DNA of 64,000 nucleotides from an uncultured Leptotrichia sp. (GTDB lineage Bacteria; Fusobacteriota; Fusobacteriia; Fusobacteriales; Leptotrichiaceae): NCBI GenBank assembly GCA_963517565.1, contig CAUQGN010000005.1, positions 30,436 to 94,435 of the forward strand, read 5' to 3'. Shown piece by piece: positions 59,237 to 64,000 of this stretch (position 1 is its first letter; each line of letters starts with the position of its first letter). The notes under the pieces were generated by a model. It saw only the letters and a program-made list of their open reading frames with translations, ran no database searches and was not told where the DNA came from. The position numbers and the translations under genes were made by a program.

Positions 59237-59461
59237 ATGATTAAAAAACTTGTTGAAATAGAAGGAATGCACTGTGAAAACTGTGCTAAAAAAGTAGAAG
59301 ATGTTTTATACGGACTGCCAGAAGTGGAAAATGTGGAAGTAAACCTTTCTAATAAAAATGCAAAAGTTACTTTAAACGAAGAAGTTGACGATTTGCTCAT
59401 AGCGGATGTAATTAATGGTGCTGGGCATTATAAAGTGAAGGATGTTACAGAAATTTCTTAA
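59237..59461 (+). CDS. copZ: Heavy-metal-associated (CopZ-like) metallochaperone
   Basis: GMHCENCAKKVE matches the MxCxxC motif within a 74-aa ferredoxin-like fold length. No copA or copY is in the window. Confidence 0.85.
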   Translation: MIKKLVEIEGMHCENCAKKVEDVLYGLPEVENVEVNLSNKNAKVTLNEEVDDLLIADVINGAGHYKVKDVTEIS

Positions 59462-59518
59462 TCTTTTTTTATTAACTATTTATTTACAAAAAATTAAAAA
59501 TTTTTGTTTTAAATTGAG

Positions 59519-59547
59519 TTGATTTTTTTATTATAAAATGTTATAAT
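59519..59547 (+). promoter_or_regulatory. Near-consensus promoter of the candidate antitoxin sRNA
   Basis: TTGATT (59519-59524), 17 nt, TGtTATAAT (TG 59539-59540, hexamer 59542-59547). Confidence 0.6.
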
Positions 59548-59553
59548 AATGAT

Positions 59554-59628
59554 ATAAAAGGATAAAAATTCTCATTGTAGTGTTACAAATCAAAAGAGAG
59601 CCAACCCCCAAAGTAAGCTCTCTTTTTT
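59554..59628 (+). ncRNA. Candidate ~75-nt antisense/antitoxin sRNA (type I TA)
   Basis: It runs from the promoter above to the terminator at 59593-59628 and has no ORF. Positions 59569-59586 can form an 18-bp duplex (16 Watson-Crick pairs plus 2 G-U) with the SD-to-AUG region of the convergent peptide mRNA. The 3' ~35 nt are fully antisense to that mRNA's 3' end. Confidence 0.5.
59593..59628. terminator. Bidirectional intrinsic terminator shared by the sRNA and the peptide mRNA
   Basis: AAAGAGAGC (59593-59601) / GCTCTCTTT (59617-59625), with T6 on the + strand and TTTTG on the - strand. It lies 3 nt beyond the peptide stop codon. Confidence 0.7.
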
Positions 59629-59630
59629 AG

Positions 59631-59711
59631 TTATTTCCAAAATTCTTGTATTAAAATTATTACTATTTGTAATAAAATTACAACTAAGATTTTTATCAAT
59701 AACGTTCTCAT
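59631..59711 (-). CDS. 26-aa hydrophobic peptide, candidate type I toxin
   Basis: MRTLLIKILVVILLQIVIILIQEFWK, with SD AAGGAGG 9 nt upstream. It is the only plausible part of the 75-aa track ORF 59631-59858, which otherwise runs through a terminator and a promoter. Confidence 0.55.
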   Translation of the reverse strand: MRTLLIKILVVILLQIVIILIQEFWK

Positions 59712-59745
59712 TATAGTATTACCTCCTTTCTCAAGGATTGCTAAA

Positions 59746-59774
59746 ATTATATCATTTTTTGAAATGTTTGTATA
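59746..59774 (-). promoter_or_regulatory. Probable promoter of the peptide mRNA
   Basis: The minus strand reads TATACA (59774-59769), 17 nt, TGaTATAAT (hexamer 59751-59746). Confidence 0.45.
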
Positions 59775-59820
59775 TCTATTTTTTAATTTTTTTAATAAAT
59801 TACAAATTTTTATAAAATAA

Positions 59821-59863
59821 AAAAGATGATATTGAACAATTTTAATAATCTTTATCATCTTTT
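59821..59863 (-). terminator. Intrinsic terminator of the TPR gene
   Basis: AAAAGATGATA / TATCATCTTTT stem with a T-rich tract following on the minus strand. The loop is about 21 nt. Confidence 0.55.
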
Positions 59864-59910
59864 AAATTTTTTAACTAATAATTTATAATATTAAAAATTC
59901 TAATTTTCAT

Positions 59911-60783
59911 CTATTTCCCTTTATTTTTACCTTTTAAATTATCATTTGCCTCCATCAAAAGTCTAAGAAATTCAATAGATTTTAATTTATCAAAATTTTC
60001 TTTGTACAATTTAGAATTTTTAGTTTCATACAATTCCTGATTTTTATAATACAAAAGTCCTAGTAATTCATCTACAACAGAAGAATTATCCTGTTTCATG
60101 TTAATATAGGAATCTTTGAAAAACTCTATTGCCTCTCCTAATTTTTCCTGTTTTACATAGTTATTAATTATTATTTTTTGGGCATCCACTATAAAACTTT
60201 TTTTCATGTCTTGAGTTATATACCAGTAATCAATTTTTTTTATCTTATTATATTTTTCAATCGCTTTTTTCATATATTCTGTGCTTTCAGAATATTTTTT
60301 ATTATCTAACAACTTTAAAGCCCATTGATAGTATCCTTCTGGATATTCGGGGAATAATGATATTATTTGTTTTATAGTTTCATCAGATTTTTTAGTATCA
60401 CCTAAGTACCCATAAGCAATTGCTAGATTGTTATATGGTCTTGGATTTTTCGGATTTAAATTTATTGCTTTTTGATAATATTCAATTGCTTTTTTGGTAT
60501 CTTTGTTGAATGCTCTTTCGTATGTTCCAATATAAAACATGGCAAGATAATTTTTATTATCTAGTTGAACAGCTTCTTCAAATGATTTTTTTGATTTAGA
60601 AAAATCTATTCCTTGCATTTTTATTCCCTCAAAAGTTTTTTCAATTGATTTATCGTTTATTTTCAATTCTTTCAGTTCCTGTCGTGTAACTCTCATAATT
60701 TCTTCCTGATCTTCAGCTAAAATTCCAAAACTTAATACAAGAAAACTTAATAAAATTAAAATCTTTAAATATCTATTATTCAC
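59911..60783 (-). CDS. Exported tetratricopeptide-repeat protein
   Basis: Signal peptide plus several TPR units (AIEYYQKAINLNPKNPRPYNNLAIAYGYLGD...). Confidence 0.8.
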   Translation of the reverse strand: MNNRYLKILILLSFLVLSFGILAEDQEEIMRVTRQELKELKINDKSIEKTFEGIKMQGIDFSKSKKSFEEAVQLDNKNYLAMFYIGTYERAFNKDTKKAIEYYQKAINLNPKNPRPYNNLAIAYGYLGDTKKSDETIKQIISLFPEYPEGYYQWALKLLDNKKYSESTEYMKKAIEKYNKIKKIDYWYITQDMKKSFIVDAQKIIINNYVKQEKLGEAIEFFKDSYINMKQDNSSVVDELLGLLYYKNQELYETKNSKLYKENFDKLKSIEFLRLLMEANDNLKGKNKGK

Positions 60784-60840
60784 ACTATTCTCCTTCTAAA
60801 TATTTTATCTTTTCTAAACCAAAAATAATATTGAAAAAAT

Positions 60841-62097
60841 TTATTCCCTTATCTGCCCTTCTCCTCTAATCACATACTTTGTCGTAGTCAACTCTCTTAT
60901 TCCCATAGGCCCACGAGCGTGCAGTTTTTGTGTGGAAATTCCAATTTCTCCACCAAAGCCGAATTCTCCTCCGTCAGAAAATCTTGTTGAAGCGTTTAAG
61001 TAAACGTTGGCTGAATCTACTTCGTTTAGGAATTTTTCAGCATTTTCTATAGATTTTGTCAAGATTGAGTCGGAATGGTGCGTTCCATGATTATTTATAT
61101 ATTCAATTGCTTCATCTATGTTTTTAACTAATTTTAGTGACATTATTAAATCCAGATATTCAGCCCCAAAATCTTCTTCTGTTGCCAATTTTACATCTTT
61201 TCTGTTTCCAACAATTTCTAATGCTTCTTTGCTGTACCTTAGTTCTACACCATTTTTTAAAAGCATTTCTGTTAATTCTGGCAAGATTGCTTTTGCAATG
61301 TTCTCGTGGATAAGTGTTGTTTCTATAGCATTACATACGCTTGGACGTTGTACTTTGGCATTTTCGATAATTGGTAATGCTTGTTTTATATCGGCTGTTT
61401 CGTCCACAAAGATGTGACAGATTCCTGCACCTGTTTCTATCATTGGAATTGTTGCGTTTTCTATGATAAATCTTTTTAATCCTTTTCCCCCTCTTGGGAT
61501 AATTACATCAACATACTTGTCTGCACGGATTAAGTCCTTCACAAGTTCCCTTTCTGGCTTTTCTACAAGCTGAACTGTATTTTTTGGCAATCCGTGGGCA
61601 TCTGCAACTCTATTTAATAAATTATTCAAATAAATATTCGAATTTAGTGCATCTTCTGATCCACGTAAAATTATCGCATTTGAAGATTTTATTGCAAGTC
61701 CTGCCGCATCTGCTGTAACATTTGGACGGGATTCATAAATCATTCCGATTACTCCAAGCGGAACTCTCTTTTTAGCAATATTCATTCCATTTTTATGATT
61801 CCATCCTGTAACGACTTCTCCAATTGGATCTGGAAACATAGCCATTTCACGCAGACTTTGAGCCATTCCTTCAATTCTAGTGTCTGTAAGTTCCATTCTA
61901 TCCAGCAAGGAAAATGCCATTCCATTTTTCTTACCATTTTCCATATCTATTTTGTTTGCAGCCTTTATTTCTTCTTTTTTATTTATCAACTCCTCCGCAA
62001 TTGCAAACAATACATTATTTTTAGTTTCTGTTCCAATTTTCAAAAGTTCCCTTGAAGCGGCTTTTGCTTTTTTTCCAAGTTCTTCTATATAATTCAT
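60841..62097 (-). CDS. proA: Gamma-glutamyl phosphate reductase
   Basis: 418 aa in the aldehyde dehydrogenase-like ProA pattern (VIGMIYESRPNVT, catalytic PSVCNAIETTLIH, GISTQKLHARGPMG). Confidence 0.95.
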   Translation of the reverse strand: MNYIEELGKKAKAASRELLKIGTETKNNVLFAIAEELINKKEEIKAANKIDMENGKKNGMAFSLLDRMELTDTRIEGMAQSLREMAMFPDPIGEVVTGWNHKNGMNIAKKRVPLGVIGMIYESRPNVTADAAGLAIKSSNAIILRGSEDALNSNIYLNNLLNRVADAHGLPKNTVQLVEKPERELVKDLIRADKYVDVIIPRGGKGLKRFIIENATIPMIETGAGICHIFVDETADIKQALPIIENAKVQRPSVCNAIETTLIHENIAKAILPELTEMLLKNGVELRYSKEALEIVGNRKDVKLATEEDFGAEYLDLIMSLKLVKNIDEAIEYINNHGTHHSDSILTKSIENAEKFLNEVDSANVYLNASTRFSDGGEFGFGGEIGISTQKLHARGPMGIRELTTTKYVIRGEGQIRE

Positions 62098-62127
62098 ATC
62101 TCCCTCATTTCTTAATTTATCTAATTT

Positions 62128-62715
62128 CTAAAAAAAAGCTCCAGTTTTTCTATTCTCATCCTTCATCTTTTTTATTTTTCTCGTTCTAAATATAGCTATT
62201 ATAAACATAACCATAGAGATAGTTAAAAAAATCCAGTAAATTATTAAATATCGCCTAGCCCAGTCAATATTAAAAATATTTGTCATAACTTCCATTAAAA
62301 TATCAAAAAATTTTGTATCTGGATATTGCTTTTTAAAAATTAATGTTAAGTTTAACACTTCTGACAAATATATTGCCAAATATGAAAATATATATATAAT
62401 AACTACACTAAAAATAGTTATTTCTAATTCATCATACAGGTTGTTAAATTTACTCTTTTTCACTTTTCCAATTTTTTCTGATTCATTCCAGCTATTAATT
62501 TCTCTAATTTTTTCTTTCTTTTTCTTTCCAAAAAAATTTCCAAATATAACTCCAATATCTATAATTCCCACACCTAAAAACATCACTATAATATGTCTTA
62601 TATTATTTTGAGCCGCAAAAAAATAAAGTACAGTTGCAATTATAAAGCCTAAAAATCCACCAAGAAATGTGTATAATTTATTTTCATTTTTATTAAAAAT
62701 ATTTTCACTCTTCAC
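62128..62715 (-). CDS. Membrane protein (about 4 TM), unknown function, inside the proB-proA interval
   Basis: Hydrophobic segments. GTG start 21 nt after the upstream stop codon. No motif recognised. Confidence 0.6.
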   Translation of the reverse strand: MKSENIFNKNENKLYTFLGGFLGFIIATVLYFFAAQNNIRHIIVMFLGVGIIDIGVIFGNFFGKKKKEKIREINSWNESEKIGKVKKSKFNNLYDELEITIFSVVIIYIFSYLAIYLSEVLNLTLIFKKQYPDTKFFDILMEVMTNIFNIDWARRYLIIYWIFLTISMVMFIIAIFRTRKIKKMKDENRKTGAFF

Positions 62716-62736
62716 TTACTTCTCCCTTTCATTTTT

Positions 62737-63522
62737 TCACTCATTCGCTCCGAAAGTATTAATTATTGTTTCTAATAAATTTGTATTATGAATCAACGCT
62801 TTGTCTGACAAATACAATATTTTATTTCCAGCTTTATCTGTTATATTTATTCTTCCAGCCATTGTACTTATGTTATAGTCATTCCAATTATAAACTTCGT
62901 TATCCAAAGTCAAGGCTTCTCTTGTAACCTTTATTTTCAATGCTTGTTCCAATTTTTTAGCTATATACTTTTTAGGAACCAACGCCATTACAGATTTTTT
63001 TGGATTATTAAATAAAAATTCAACTGGTTCACCATTTTCAATTTTTCTCATAGCTTTTGGATAGTTAATTTTCAAAAAATCTTGCTGAAACAAGTCAAAG
63101 GCATTAGATGGATAACCTGCCGCCGCTATATTTTTCCAAGTTCCATTATTATCTTTATACCATATTCCCAAAAATGTATTTAGTCTCATCACATTCGGAA
63201 TAAAAAAATATTCCAAATTTTCATAAAGAATTTTTTCATTTTTTCCAATAGCAAATCCATCTTCATAAAAAGATATTTTTTGATATTTCCTTACTATAAA
63301 ATATGGCAAAATATAAGCAAATATTATTAAAAACAAACCTATTAATATTATTGCTACTACAGCAGCTAGAAGTTTCCCTCTTTCAGCGGCATCAGCCAGA
63401 TTTTTCACAAAAAGCTTTATAAATACTATCAAAAAAAAATTAAATAGCCAAAAATTTGCCAATGTAAGTATTTTAAGATAAAGTTTCATTCCTACTATTT
63501 TTTTAGGTTGTTCGTAATTCAT
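62737..63522 (-). CDS. Membrane protein (2 TM + about 170-aa soluble domain), unknown function, inside the proB-proA interval
   Basis: Two TM segments followed by a soluble region. No motif recognised. It starts 26 nt after the proB stop codon. Confidence 0.6.
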   Translation of the reverse strand: MNYEQPKKIVGMKLYLKILTLANFWLFNFFLIVFIKLFVKNLADAAERGKLLAAVVAIILIGLFLIIFAYILPYFIVRKYQKISFYEDGFAIGKNEKILYENLEYFFIPNVMRLNTFLGIWYKDNNGTWKNIAAAGYPSNAFDLFQQDFLKINYPKAMRKIENGEPVEFLFNNPKKSVMALVPKKYIAKKLEQALKIKVTREALTLDNEVYNWNDYNISTMAGRINITDKAGNKILYLSDKALIHNTNLLETIINTFGANE

Positions 63523-63548
63523 AAAATCTCTCTCTTTCTATAATTTTA

Positions 63549-64000
63549 TTATTTTTTAATAACCACATTATCAATATGAATCACAGCGTCGTCATATTTG
63601 TAGCCCAATATTTCCTCTATATTTTCACTTTTTACGCCTTTTATAAGATTTATTTCCTCTGACGAATAATTTGAAATTCCAGTTGCGATAACCTTTCCTT
63701 CCAAATCTTCTATTTCGATAACCGTCCCCTTGTCAAAATTTCCCTCAACAGACTTTATCCCAACAGACAGCAAGCTATTTCCATTCTTTAATGCCGCTTT
63801 TGCACCATTATCAATTGTTAATGAACCTTCCTTGTTAGGTCCATACGCAAGCCAGTATTTTCTTAAGCTAATTTTTTTATTTTTTTTCACAAAAAGTGTT
63901 CCTATATTTTCTTTTTCGACTATTCTAGTTATATTTTTTGGATCATCTCCACTAGCAATCACAAGGCTTGTTCCAATTTTTGTTACCATTTCCGCAGCGA
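63549..64000 (-). CDS. proB: Glutamate 5-kinase, C-terminal part (5' end beyond window)
   Basis: The frame is open to the window edge (..AAEMVTKIG..). The C-terminal PUA domain (GSLTIDNGAKAALKNGNSLLSVGIKSVEGNFDKGTVIEI) parallels E. coli ProB. Confidence 0.9.
   Translation of the reverse strand, partial: AAEMVTKIGTSLVIASGDDPKNITRIVEKENIGTLFVKKNKKISLRKYWLAYGPNKEGSLTIDNGAKAALKNGNSLLSVGIKSVEGNFDKGTVIEIEDLEGKVIATGISNYSSEEINLIKGVKSENIEEILGYKYDDAVIHIDNVVIKK

Noticed and set aside
59631-59858. The full 75-aa track ORF on the minus strand.
   Set aside because: Its first 49 codons run through the TPR-gene terminator and a promoter and have no SD. Only the last 26 codons, preceded by AAGGAGG, look like a real gene. 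They are reported as the candidate toxin.

Overview
This is a visibly AT-rich, densely coding chromosomal window, with most genes on the minus strand. The gene content points to Fusobacteriota, probably Leptotrichiaceae. That placement is an inference from three things: a Fusobacterium-type autotransporter N-terminus, a SemiSWEET, and a subtype-B tannase homolog. No database was searched, and all family calls rest on motifs I can read in the translations.

**Content, left to right**
- 5' ~3 kb of a giant autotransporter adhesin. It is missing from the ORF track because it has no stop codon in the window.
- gpmI and rpsT.
- A small accessory islet: two flavodoxin-like genes, a TetR regulator, and a decayed gene followed by a small membrane-protein gene.
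- holA, a PTS EIICB gene and nanE.
- An SPFH/NfeD pair, two untracked tiny lipoprotein genes, valS, a SemiSWEET and tRNA-Thr(UGU).
- Two OmpA-like genes, a TlpA-like thioredoxin, queA, prmC and prfA.
- A dgkA-PAP2 fusion, ybeY, pgpH, and a JAB(RadC-like)-DinG helicase fusion.
- A tandem-MliC protein and a patatin / HxxxD-acyltransferase / zinc-ribbon membrane cluster.
- dps, comM, engB, an LCP gene and coaE.
- accB-like, accC, asp23, amaP, nusB (Firmicutes-like synteny), then a nadR-like gene.
- ferritin and perR, a tannase gene coupled to an orphan histidine kinase.
- rplQ-rpoA-rpsD-rpsK-rpsM-rpmJ-infA, an RsmC-like methyltransferase, copZ and a TPR gene.
- proA and proB, with two membrane-protein genes wedged between them.

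**Hunt results, strongest first**
1. A compact, unannotated candidate type I toxin-antitoxin locus at 59.5-59.8 kb. It has a 26-aa hydrophobic peptide gene, a convergent ~75-nt antisense RNA, a shared bidirectional terminator, and an 18-nt direct repeat that would pair across the start codon. This is the architecture of the Enterococcus par/Fst locus.
2. One 7-1-7 PerR/Fur-type box sits on or next to the -10 element of three promoters: dps, perR-ferritin and the giant autotransporter.
3. The AccB/BCCP ortholog lacks the biotinylated lysine (EAMKM is replaced by NTIGI).
4. A RadC-type JAB domain is fused to the N-terminus of a DinG helicase.
5. rpmJ carries a 1-nt insertion.
6. Two dispersed repeat families are present. 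One copy supplies the annotated start codon of dgkA-PAP2.

No CRISPR array, rRNA gene, transposase or prophage was seen.
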